From Octopus sinensis (taxonomy: Eukaryota), in the NCBI RefSeq assembly GCF_006345805.1, contig NC_043008.1, forward strand, positions 50,406,001 through 50,470,000: a DNA stretch of 64,000 nt, in the 5' to 3' direction. Every line of letters starts with the position of its first letter. Position 1 is the first letter of the stretch. The position numbers and the translations under genes were made by a program. Positions 13,060 through 25,170 of the stretch are shown here, piece after piece. The notes under the pieces are model-generated. The model was given only the letters and a program-made list of their open reading frames with translations. It was not told the origin of the DNA and made no database searches.

Positions 13060-13300
13060 TTTTTACATTAATTTTCGATGCTAGCATGAGTTGGACAGTT
13101 CTTCTCCACTTCAGTGTCCTGCTACATGTGTTCCATTTTCATTTCATTTGTGAGATTCACCTTCCTGAGGTCGGCCTTCACAACGTTTGCACATATCTTT
13201 TTTGGCTTTCCTCTTCCTCTGGTTCCTTCTACATGAATCTTTTGGCACTCTTTCACTCGCTTGTTGTCATCCGTATACATTACATGTGTATACAAGTGAG
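13060..13300 (-). mobile_element. RTE-clade LINE, extreme 3' fragment (end of RT ORF plus tail)
   Basis: ORF 13122-13325(-) contains HVMYTDDNKRVKECQKIHVEGTRGRGKPKKICANVVKADLRKVNLTNEM, resembling the RTE C-terminal GHV.R...VEG.RGRGRP.K.W..VV..DL motif. It runs into tccaactcatgctagcatcgaaa, the tail also used by family C. Confidence 0.8.
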
Positions 13301-14084
13301 TGTAGTGTGCAATGCATGCACACATACATACACACGTTTTTGTTTAATGGCATACCAGATGATTGCACATTTTGGTTAATTACGTAAACCTTTTTTTTTA
13401 AAATTTTTTTTTCTACCCAATTTTGTATAAAAAATAAAATGGTGAAATATAGCATAAAACTGAATGTCTATTTAATCTAGTTTGAATGAAGTGATTCTAA
13501 AAGCTTCTGTTTTCATGATAAGTTAAAATGGCAGTGGTTATTACTTTATGTTGAAGCAACTCATGTGAAAAGCCAAATATAAGTTATTCTTACCATTTCA
13601 ATGGAATAAAGGCTATTGCAGTTAAAATTCTGGTGTATTTTTTCTGTATTTTTGTTCGTAAATTACTGAAATAAATAAATAGCTATTGAGATACACTTGT
13701 AATATACTTTTAAATTAGGTGGCAAATGGATGTCATTTTGTTTTCATTATCGACTACTTTAGCCTGTCATTAACCCAGTTCAGTTTTTCTTGACACTAGT
13801 TGTTATCGCTAAGCAATTAAGTGTGTGGAAGTTGTTGTCGGGGTGTATGAATGTAACTATGCTTGGGTAATTGAGAAATATCAAAGTGAATTAGAGGAGA
13901 AAAATTCACAGAAAAAATTTAAAAGAAAACTCACTCAGAATGATTGCCATATAGATACATATTAATAAAAAAAATAGCCTAAATTGGGTGGGACATATGA
14001 GTCAATTATGTATACACAAAATATATTGTCAGAAAAAAAAAACCTTCCATTCTTGTTTTATAATTGATACAGGCATGACTAGGT

Positions 14085-14240
14085 GCAGGCATGGTTGTGT
14101 GGTTATGAAGTTTGCTTTGCGACCACATGGTTCTTGGTTTGATCTCACTGGGTGGCACTTTAGGCATGTCTCTTCTACTATAATTTTGAGCTGACCAGTA
14201 CCTTATGAATGAAATTATTAGATTGAAACCAAGAAAGATT
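14085..14240 (+). mobile_element. SINE family A, 5' half, decayed
   Basis: gcaggcatggttgtgtggttatgaagtttgctttgcgaccacatggttcttgg... Confidence 0.7.
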
Positions 14241-16985
14241 TCATTCTGCGAATGTGCAAAATGTCATACCATGTGTCCTCATTAACACTTTAAACCAAAA
14301 TGCTGTTATTTTTAAGCAAAACGTCCAGGAGTTTATGCTTTTAGTGTGTGAGGAACAATGTGGGATGAAGAGATATATTAATTAAAATCAGGTATGGGTT
14401 AGTAACATAAAGGACATCCAGCCATAGAAAACTATCCTCAACAAATTTCATCTAACCCATGCCAACCTAGAAAAACTACTGTAAAACAAAATGAATGTGT
14501 GTAACATAACCAGGATACCATATTACTAGCTATGTAGTGAAATCTTTTAATTTATCTGTTACTATACAAACTCAGTTAACCCTTTCATTACCAACCCAGC
14601 TGATTTTGGCCGGCTAATGTGTCTTTTGTTTATATGCCAAATTTGCAGCAGAATAGCATCCAGGGAAGCTCCCTATACTACACCAAGTGTTAAAGAACAT
14701 ACACACAGGGGGCTAAACCATACATACACTCAGAGGGCTGCAATCCTTTTAACTGAAACTACTAAAAGATGAATATATTATTTAATACTGCATTTTGAGA
14801 AATGTTGGTTACAAGTTTCCAGTGGATCAATCACAAGAGAACTTAGAGTAGGAATGTTCTCTGACCTTGTCATTATTTATATTTAGTTAATTGAAGAGTT
14901 CATTGTGGTTGAGAGAGAGAGAGAGATTGGGCCTGGTGGCAGAATTCTGATTTTGGATACATCTGCACCATATATTGTGGATGTTATTTTAAGATGCAAA
15001 TCACTTATTGCATCGTAATGAGCTCCAATCCCATTCATGGAAATTCCCATGCTTATTGCTTTAATTCAGCAAGGTCCCACTCTCAGTGCATTATTGAATA
15101 ATAAGTGTTTTGAAGAGTAGCCAGTTGTATTCTGTTTGATTTAGCTCCCTGTTAGAGGGGGTGGCAGTACTACTGTGACTAACCAAAGGAATGGGGTGTT
15201 ATAGTGATAGTGGAATGTTCTGCTGCAGTAGTTTTGGTAATTTAGCAAACAGCACTTGGTACACTGGTAGTGAGTTGGCTGGATCATTAGCGTGCCAGGC
15301 GAAATACTTTCAGATTATGATCTGATTTCAAATTCCGATATGGTTAAGCAGTTTACTTTGGAACCATGTGGTTAGGGCTTCAGTCTGACTGCATGGAAGC
15401 AGTCAGTTGATGATCAACACCTTGTTAGCAAAATTTGATCGGAGAAACTAGAAGTCTCTTGTGTATATATACTTATACACACACACACATACACACATAT
15501 ATGTTTTGCATGCTGCACATGATGCAGTCCTCAGGCACAACGGTTCCTGTCAAACCATCCAACCCATGCCAGCAAAGAGTATGGATGTTAGATGATGATC
15601 ATGATTATTGTGCGTGTATGTGTGTGTGAGAGAGAGAAAGAGAGAGGCTCTGTATTCCCTTTGTTTCGACAAGTGCATGCTGATTGTAAACAAAACCTCA
15701 CTGTTCATACAAATGATGTTATTTGTTTGCAGTGTCCATGAAAGCATGTCTGGGTTTCTTCACATGTCTCGACATATCCACACTCATTGTAAACAAAACT
15801 ATTGCTCTTTGAACAAATGGTGTCAGTTTGTTTGCAGTCCACTGTGAAAGCATGGCCATTCTTTAATAGACTGAGGAATTATTACCATGTTTGAAAACAG
15901 GTGAGGGTTGGCTTTAGGAAGGGAATCCAGCTACAGAAAATTTTGCTCCCATAAAGTCTCATCTAACCCATGCAAGCATGGAAAAGTAGAATATGCACAT
16001 CCATCTATCTATCTAATGTATTTATACACAGTTTCTATCAACCAAATAGCGAAGTGCCATGTGTAACCATGTGGCAGCAAAGTGAACTTTGTAACCTCAC
16101 AGTTATGCCAACACCCATATCAGTTGGCTGACAAATTAGTTGTAAATACAACTTCAAGATGTTCTCCTATATCGGTTCCTTATGTATTAATTAGTCTTGC
16201 TGTATTAACATTTTATTGTAATCAATATTTGGAGTTGATTAAAATCCTAAAATCAACTACAAATTGTGGACTTTGAAAGATTCATTTTCAAGCCTGTTCA
16301 GATTGCAATTTAGGTTTACTTATATAAAACTTATATTCTATTTCATGTATCTCTTCATTTTATGAATTTTATAATGTAATCAATTTAGTTATAGAAATTT
16401 GTCTTTTTCTATGTTTTTACCCTTTTGTAGTCAGGTGATCATAATTCCTGATGGAATACACTGCCTATCTATTTCGATAAATTCTGAAAATATTTGAGAA
16501 TTTGGAGTGATTTACTGAAACAAAATTAATTTCTTCATTAAGTCAGTGTTTAGAGGAGTGTAAGATAAGAAAAGGTTTCTTAGATAAAAGTTATAATGAA
16601 GGTTTTTGTATCATAGAACAAAGGCTGGTCATAGGCACTAGTACAGTTTCATGCCTCACTTATTTGCTTTCTGTCTGACATCTGACAATTTTGCACTTTT
16701 ACTTCTCTTTTCATTTTGTGGGCAGTTACAGTAGCCACATAATTACTGTGGTTGTTCAACCTCTTAGAAATAGCACCCAAATATTTCTCAACAAATGATA
16801 AAGATCAAGCCACAGCCCTCTTTTTTTCTTTTTAATTTTTTTTTTTACATAACTGATTAACTTTCCAGCTCATGTTTGATCACTATGTGGGACACCTGAG
16901 ATAAGCCAGTTCCATGTACAATTTAACAACAAAAAGACTCCTCTTCAGAATGTTATATACAGCCCTAAATTTCTTGTTGGGCAAA

Positions 16986-17398
16986 TGTATCAGACTTAAT
17001 CTAAACCTCTTGAGAATTGCCATTCCATTTGATGCCCACCACAGTTTGTCACTGTGTGAGAATTGGTAATAATCTATGAGATTCCTTCCATTGTTTATCT
17101 ATATTTTTATATCCTGAAGTATGCACCAATCTGAACCAGCATATGTTTCATTGATTTCTTCTGGTTCCTCAAGCTTTCTTCATCTTCAATTTTCTTTCTT
17201 TGAAATTATTTTACTGCAATTTGTATCTTTTCTGTGTGGTTCTTGTATGTGGTTGTCAAGCTAAAACACAAATGTAAAAATATAGTTGCACAAAGGCTGA
17301 GAGCTCATAGATTATTACCAATTCTCACACAGTGACAAATTGTGGTGGGCGTCTAATGGAAAGGCAATTCTCAAGAGGTGTTGATAAAGTCTGTTACA
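16986..17398. repeat. Foldback / MITE-like element with about 95-bp inverted arms
   Basis: Core arms 17006-17080 and 17304-17378 are reverse complements at 71/75 positions. Weaker similarity extends about 20 bp outward. Spacer 223 bp. Confidence 0.85.
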
Positions 17399-17477
17399 GG
17401 CACTCCACAAACTGTTAAGTGAAATGTGGAATTACACTTGCATCTAGTCTTACCTATATTGTTATGGAAAGGGTTAA

Positions 17478-17679
17478 CACTTGTTACTTTGTTTCTGTTG
17501 AAATACAAATTTTGAAAATAAGGAAGAATTTAGTAAAATAACTTTGACCTTACGAACCTAGTGTTTGGAACATAAATCAACATGAAATTTTACGAAAGGT
17601 TTTAATTTGGATCACTTCAAAAGAGGAAGTTTGTATCATCGAGCCAGGGGCAGTGTCAGGCAGGTTGGTCTTAAAAAGG
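17478..17679 (-). mobile_element. TTAA-flanked (piggyBac-type) MITE, same family as 41271-41475
   Basis: TTAA at 17474-17477 and 17680-17683. Reverse complement (cctttttaagaccaacctgcctgacactgcccctggctcgatgatacaaac...) aligns with 41271 onward. Confidence 0.7.
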
Positions 17680-17814
17680 TTAAGTTAGAAGGATGTAAAA
17701 ATGTATAATTATTTTCCTTTAATATGTGACTATTTCAAATTTAGTGATGTTTACTATGTAATTTATTTCAAATTGTTATTTAGCTAAATGCCTTGAGTTG
17801 GCAGGATTCAACTT

Positions 17815-18200
17815 TTTACTTGCCTTGGTCATTGGACTGCAGCCTTGGTTAGGCACTGCTTTAAAGGGTTTTAGTTGAAAGACCAACTTCAGTACTTATT
17901 TTTTAAATTCCGGTACACATACTGTCGGTCTGTTTTGATAAACTATTAAGTTACAAGGATAGAAACAAACCATTGCCAGTTGTCAAGTGAGGTGGGTTGG
18001 GGAAGCAAAGACACACACACACACACACACACACACTGACATCATAGCAGGCTTTCAGACAGTTTTCTTCTGTCTTCTCTCACAAGAAATTGATTGACTT
18101 GGGCTATAAAAGAAGACACTTGTCCAAGGTGTTGTTCAGTGAGTTTGAACCTGAAGCCATGTGGTCGCAAAGCGAGCTTCTTAACTACACAGCCATGCCT
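17815..18200 (-). mobile_element. SINE family A, full-length decayed copy
   Basis: Tail (ttttacttgccttggtcattggactgcagcc), (CA)n linker and head (cttcttaactacacagccatgcctac) in reverse orientation. Confidence 0.75.
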
Positions 18201-18266
18201 ACACTGTTATAAGTTATTTTTTACATTTCATTTGTAAATAAGCGTATATTATATGAAATATGATAA

Positions 18267-18476
18267 ATGATGGCTTCAAATTTTGGCACAAGGCCAGCAA
18301 TTTTGAGCTAGGTTACAAATCGATTACATTGACCCAGTTTCCAACTGGTATTCATTTTACTGATCCTGAAAGGATGAAAGACAATGGATTTTGTCAGACT
18401 TTGAACTCAGAATGTAAAGATGAACAAAAGACTGCTAAGCATTTTCATGGCACAGTAACGATTCTGCCAGCTCGCT
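18267..18476 (-). mobile_element. SINE family B (tRNA-like head, cctttcatcctttc-ggggtcgataaaataagtaccag core)
   Basis: Reverse complement agcgagctggcagaatcgttac...cattctgagttcaaagtc...ctttcatcctttcaggatcagtaaaatgaataccag...gccttgtgccaaaatttgaagcc. Confidence 0.8.
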
Positions 18477-19195
18477 GACTTACGAAAATTACACATAACA
18501 TAATAAAATCTATTTAGTTACAAAACAGGTGTCCCCCCCTCCCCTTACTACCTCTCCCACTTACTCCATCTTATAGTGTTGTTATTGGAAGCCATTTTTT
18601 TTTCTTTTTAATTTAGTTTCTATGACAACTCATTAATTAACTGTTAATAGTTTTCATCATTAACAACCATTAACCAGAATTTTAAAAAATACTTTAATTT
18701 TAAAGATTATTGTGTGTGTGTGTTCTTTTTTTTAAAAAGATATAGAAATAATACACGCGTACATGCGCGTGTGCATGTATACACATAGTTTGGGATTGTG
18801 TAGAGAACTTCCAGAAAATATGAACTGTTCTCTCTCAAGAATTTCAAGTGTATTATTCTTTTTCTAGGACAAGTAAACCCAGGAAAAAAAAAAAAAAATA
18901 AATAAAAGAAAAATAGAGCGAAAACATTAAATGTTTGTTAGTTATTTTTTGGCAAGGATTGACATCCTTGAGCCCACACCCTAATTTGAAACCAAATTGC
19001 ACGCCAGTCAATCCCAATTATCATGTATTCATGCTGCAATTAACCTCCCTCTCTTTCTCCCTCCCTCTCTCTCACTGTCTCTCTCTGTTATTCACACTCT
19101 CTCTTTCTCTCTCATATCGCATATAATCACTAATTTTCACTGTTTTCTAATTTCTCCAATGGTAAATTATTTACATTAACTTTCTCACTCTGTCT

Positions 19196-19227
<32 letters not shown>

Positions 19228-19707
19228 ACACACACAGAGTCAGAGTAATATCTATGATACATTTGTGTTATCTCTAGTTTTGTAATAAGACGTTGCTGAA
19301 AAGGCTGGCTGACAGTCTCATCGCATCTGTCCTCATTTTACTCCATCTTCTTAGAAACCAAAACAGCAGTCTTGTTTCTTCTCTCTTCTTCCTCTTTGGC
19401 AGGCATCTCTCAACTTGAGACATTCATAAACATTCACAGAACTGCTTATGTAGCCTGTTACCATTTTATATTGCCACTCCTATTGATGCACAAAACAAAA
19501 AAAAACAACAAAAATACGGCAAAGACTTTCTGACTAAGATAAAGGTCATTCTCCACCCATTCTTAGATAAGTTCCTTTATGTTCTGCATCTTTCAAACTT
19601 ACAAGATGGTGTTGCTGGTGTAAGGGAGGAAGTCATTAGAATCAACTTGTAGAAATGGTTGTCTCCATTTCAGTTCTTCAGGCCTCATTATATTGTATTA
19701 CTAGCTT

Positions 19708-20158
19708 CAGTTACTGTACATGTAACTGTGGTTCTGTCATAATAACAGCTATATATGTGTGACTATTGTTGTGACACATTTACCAGTTATTGTGTCACAG
19801 TGACTGTACATGTAACTATGTCACATTGATCATACATGTAACCATTACTGTGTCACAGTGATTGCAGTGTAACTATTATTGTGTCACATTAACCATACAC
19901 CTATCTGTTATTTTGTCACGGTAACTGTAGGCATAATTGTTATTGTATCAACAATTGTTTACTTGACAGTTATTGTGTTACAGTGACCATACATGTAACT
20001 GTTGTATCACGGTGAATGCAATGTAGCTATTATGTTACGTTAACCATTCATGTAACATATTGGGTCACAGTGACTATACTTGTAACTATGATTGTGTCAC
20101 ATTAACTGTGCATATGATATGGTGTCCCAGTGATTGTACACGTAACCTATTTTGTCAA
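19708..20158. repeat. Degenerate minisatellite, unit about 30 bp (tgtgtcacagtgactgtacatgtaactat)
   Basis: Recurrent gtcacagtgac / gtcacattaac and tacatgtaac motifs at roughly 30-bp spacing. Confidence 0.75.
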
Positions 20159-20508
20159 ATGTTATAAAACTTGTATTATAAATTGTAACAATATGAAATG
20201 TTAAATATATATCAATTATACATCAAGATAGTACATTGCATTTTCTATACGTCTGTCTCTAAAAGTGCATTGATTGTTATGGATTAATTGAAAATTCTGT
20301 ATCAGTGGCTCTCAAGGATTTTGTCTCCATGGTGCACTAGAGTGTAGATAAGAAAAAGAAAAATGCTTTTCACATGGGTAGTTGAAAAAATGTTTTAAAG
20401 CTAAAAATTCAGGAAAGATTCAGAAAAGTATTGTTTAGCTTCTTTTGTTAATCATATTTATTTATTTGTATGTTCAGTAAATGTCTATTTTTCCATGCTA
20501 CTGTGGCT

Positions 20509-20735
20509 TTGAATGTGCATGGCTCAGTTCACTCAACTGTAGAAACGAGTTGCGATGTTGCTAGTGCCAAGCTATATCAGCCTCTGCCTTCCCTTCGACA
20601 ACATAGATGGTGTGGAGAGGGAGAACTGGTATGCACAGGTGACTCCTAGTCTTCCACAAACAACCTTACCCAGAGTTGTGCCTCAGAGAGGAACTTTCTA
20701 GGTGCATTCCCATGGTCCTTTGTGACTGAAGTGGG
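20509..20735 (+). mobile_element. SINE family D, internally deleted copy
   Basis: tgcatggctcagt is fused directly to tcactcaactgtagaaacgagttgcgatg...ggtgcattcccatggtc; the body matches 10896-11193. Confidence 0.75.
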
Positions 20736-21574
20736 TCTTTACTATAGGCTAGGACAGGAAGCTCTTCCTGTTTTCAAGTAAGGGATTTTTTTTTTATTCT
20801 GGAGGTTTTTGACAGTTCAGAGGGATTAGTTATAATATCAACAAGGAATGCCTACATCACCATTACTTCAGTCAGTTGGTGACAGACATAGAATATTAAC
20901 ATTCACATACTTTCGTGTACACGCACGCGCACACACTTTGTGGTAGATATCTTGCTGTTTCTTTTCACAAAATTTCTTTCTTTGCCTGACACTGGTTGAG
21001 CCAAGTCTGTAGTAGAAGACACCCAAGTTGTCATGCGGTGAGATCAAACACAAAATCACTTGTTTAAGAAGTGGACTTCTTTACCCCATAACCATGCATA
21101 TGCATTTTGTTTGTGAAAAAAAAATGACTGACTTGTATTTCCACATACTCAACTGTTGCTATTTTATTCTTAAACCTCAAGTTATATTTTAAAAAATCTA
21201 CAGTGCACCAATGCATTCCAGCACACTGTTTTTAAATCACTTCTCCCTAACCTTTTAACACCTACATGTGACACACTTTCACTATACTTCTAACTATATA
21301 TAAAGAGTTTCATGATTCATTGTTATTGTCAACATAATTTTAATGTCCATTTTTTAAGGCTGACATGGGTGGGCCATATCTGCAATGAAGCATATTAGAG
21401 TGACTCTTAATCTTGTCTGAGGTTCAAAGGATCAACCTTTTCTGATCAGATCTCCCCATTTTTTTAAAACACTATTTTGGTCCTGTCTGTCTGTCTCTCT
21501 CTCCTCCCTCTCTCCTTTCTATCCTCCACTTTCAATATCATCATCCATTTGCTCTGTATTTGGGTCATTTCTTT

Positions 21575-21790
21575 ACATTCACTTCTGTCTCTTGGTGTTC
21601 ATTGGTTTTATTTCATTGCTAAGCATCAACATTTCTTGAACATACCTTATACAAGCCTGCTTTAAAATCTTTTGTGTAAGAAGTTCTTTCTTGACAACAG
21701 AAGTGACAATTCTCTGAACATTTTTCATTTCATTCGACCAAACATTTTCAGCACCAAATATCTTGGCTGGATAATAAATCATATCCATTA
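21575..21790 (-). mobile_element. RTE-like LINE RT C-terminal remnant (decayed)
   Basis: ORF 21579-21788(-) YYPAKIFGAENVW...VQRIVT...KIL...MLSNEIKPMNTKRQ loosely resembles the RTE PV.LYG.ETW...RI..F...RRIL...SNEEVL..M motif. Confidence 0.45.
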
Positions 21791-22855
21791 CAGTGAGTTT
21801 TGTAAATAATCTGTGGGCCTCTTAACATAGTTGCTCTTGTTACTAACTAATCTAGGGCATATGGTACATAAAAAGTTTTGCTTTTTCTCCATCACTCTGA
21901 CAGAGATCCTATTCTATATACCATCCCCATTGTTTTACCTGTCTACACACACCCTGCTTATGTATTTAGCAAGGTATCACATGTTATTGTGGTTTTGAAT
22001 CCCTCTTACCATTCATCAATTCTTGAAAAGCTTATTATCAGGCTTCTTTTCACACCATGCTTCTTTTTCAAGTTTTAAACTCCTAGTTCTTTCAGAGATA
22101 CTGGACTCTAAGCTTATTGAAATTTTCAAAATGGTAACAGCACAGGAGCAGGCCTGATTCTGAAAAGTCTATAACAGAAAACAGAGCTTTGATGATGGAC
22201 ACAGACTAGTACACATTGAATTCTCTGACATTTTATGTCTTTTGTCCATGAATCCATCCTTGGCCTTCTCATTGTCAACCTGCCTATAGACTGTATAACT
22301 CTACCAGAAGAACTCCCTGATTTGAAAATTATCAACTGTAGTTGTTTCTCTTTGGTGATCTTCCCAGAAATGTAGTTTTCATTTAGTAATTCAAAACCAG
22401 GCTACATATATAATCCAACTAAAATACTATCTTGCTCTAAAATTGTTTTCTATAATATGTGAGGCTGTTATAAACTCTGTCCTGTATCCCCTCCTCCTCC
22501 TCTGTTGTAGTTGAGATACAACTGTGACACTGATTATTCAGAATAACACCATTATCAACTTAACATGTCAGAAATAGCAACCAGATTTAGCCACACACTC
22601 AACCATCTTAATTAAGAACAACATGTTGGACAGTAGCATTAAAAAGAGATCAGCTTCGTTATGGGAGTGTTTTTGATCATTGGTCTTTGTCTGCTTAATC
22701 AGGGCTGAACTGGGACTAAACATCAAGACCAAACAAGACTTGTGTAATTTCAACTAATCTTCATATTTTCAACATCTCAGTAATTATCCTCAAAGGACCT
22801 TCAGTTTTCTTTATCTTCATATCTTTCTTTACTTTATTAATCATTTGCATATGTG

Positions 22856-23180
22856 TAGGCATGGCCGTGTGGTTAAGAAGCTTACTTTGCAACCGCATGG
22901 TGTCAGGTTCAGTCCCACTGTGCAGCACCTTGGGCTTATCCTATAGCTCTGGGACAACCAATGCCTTGTGAGTGAATTTGATAAGTAGAAACTGTGGCTT
23001 GTTAACTGGTGTTGGTTTGTTTATGTCACCATAACCTAGTAGTTTAGCAAAACAAGCCAATAGAATAAGTGCCAAACTTTAAAAAAAACTAAGTATTGGT
23101 GTCCATTTGTTTGACTAAAACCTTTGAAGGCTGTGCCCCAACATGGCTGCTGTCCAATGATTGAAACAAGTGAAAAGATA
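22856..23180 (+). mobile_element. SINE family A, full-length decayed copy
   Basis: gtaggcatggccgtgtggttaagaagcttac...ggttcagtcccactgtgcagcaccttggg...ccccaacatggctgctgtccaatgattgaaacaagtgaaaag. Confidence 0.8.
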
Positions 23181-24569
23181 ACAAATAATTTTCTGTACAG
23201 GTTGCCCTCTTCCACCATTGATTACAATGATTGCTTGCCTATCTTGATATATCCTTGTTCTATACAGATGGCATTTCCTCTCTATTGTTTCCACTGGTTG
23301 ACTGCTCTCTCGGGATATTCTTGTGTGCAAGAAGCCCTCTTTTCTCTTACTTTTACCCATTGACTTCAACATTCTTGTATACAGAGGGACCTTCTTTAGT
23401 TCCATCTAGTGACTTCTGTCTCATATATAAGTAGGTCCACTGTCAGTCTTACTAGAGTTTTTGCCTGCTCTTGTCTCATTTGTGTGTGCAGCAGGCCCTT
23501 CCCTCTGTTGGTTTTACTGGCTGACTGCTGTTCTTGTGCCCCACTCTCTCTTATTACATTGTATAAGAGGTATCTTCTGTTCAGGTCTTTTCCGAACTTT
23601 CTTGGTTTCCTTTCTGAAAACAACTTACCCTAGATGTGCAAAGGGAGCTTCAATGTGGTTACTCAACATGTCAGAAAGAGCAGCCAAATCTTCCTCATAT
23701 CACAGCTTATGGTCTTAAAAATAGAATACACTGGATAATTTATCCTGTATAAACAATACCTGATGCAAAAATGGATGTAATGAGTGGAAAGTCATTGATC
23801 CCAGGTCTGCTATATAGGTGATGGTAGTAGTAGTATTAGGGGAGCATGTGATGTAAGAATGCATCACTTCATCCACCATTTGTTAGTGATTCCCTATTCC
23901 TGGCAGATATCTTTGCACCCACTCAAGCGACAATTCTCCAACCCATTGGTCTGTTTGGGTAGTCATTGCTGGTGAGGGCTTTTTTTAAGGTCAGAGTGCA
24001 AATCCTACCTCAATCCCTTTTAGTTGCCTTTTATGCCATACAGAGGAAATGGGTCTATTCTTTGACGTGCCAATTCCTACACAGCACAATAGGAATGGCC
24101 AACAATAACAACTAATCTGTTCCATTCTTAAGCAAAGATAGACCTAGCATTCATGACCATTCTCTCTCTCCCTCCCTCACAGAATATAATCCACTTTCAC
24201 TATTCTTGTGTCATCTTGCATTTAAGAGCGCTATAATTCATTATATTGAAGGTTACTGTTTAGGTGATACATTCTGTTGAGAGAAAGAGCAAGAAGCAAA
24301 AATCTCTGGAAACCAAATTATCAATAAATACTTCTCTTATTTCCTGCATTTAAAAGCAAGAGACACAATTCTCATTCTAGAATGATAGTTTCATGAATGA
24401 CTCTTGAGAAATGGTATTTAGATCTGCTACTAGTTCTTGAATGGAAGTGAAAAATATATTAATGCTAGTTAATATAGGTAAATGCAAGACTTGGTAAAAT
24501 ACATTTTATTCTTGTTCTTTAATGAGGTTCTGAGAGTAATTAATGTTAGCTTTATAGTTATTATTAGAA

Positions 24570-25170
24570 CATCAAAAAAAAAATGTCTTGTAGTATTTGT
24601 TTTGGCTCTGAGGCGACGAGCTGGCAGTCGTTAGTACGCAGGATGAAATGCTTAGTGGTATTTCATTCATTGCTACGTTCTGAGTTCAAATTCTGCTGGG
24701 TCAACTTTGCCCTTCATCCTTTCGGAGTTGATTAAATAAGTACCAGTGACGCACTGGGGTCGATGTAATTGACTTAATCCCTTCCCCCAAATTTGAGGGT
24801 TTCAGTAGAAAGGGATTTGTTCTGGTTCTTTACATTCTGAGTTCAAATCCTGCCTAGTTTGACTTTGCCTTTCATCTTTCCAGGGTCAGTAAGATAAAGT
24901 ACCAGTCAAGTACTGAGGTTGATGAAATCAATAAACCCTCTCCTCTTGCTTTGTGAGTAAATCAGAAACAAAAAGGCACCAATTTGCAGATTCTTTAGAA
25001 TGTTTGTGAAAATGTCTTGTGGCATTTCTTCCAGCTCTGTATATTTGAGTTCAAATCCTGCTGCAGTTAATTTAGCCTTTCATTCTAATGTTAGTTACTG
25101 AGGTTGATGGTATTGACTAATCCACCCTCAAAATAGCTGGCTTTTTGCCTAAATTAGAAACAGTTATTAT
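24570..25170 (+). mobile_element. Cluster of three head-to-tail SINE family B copies
   Basis: The gagttcaaat B-box plus ctttcatc/gtaccag core recurs at about 24680, 24840 and 25045. Confidence 0.75.
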
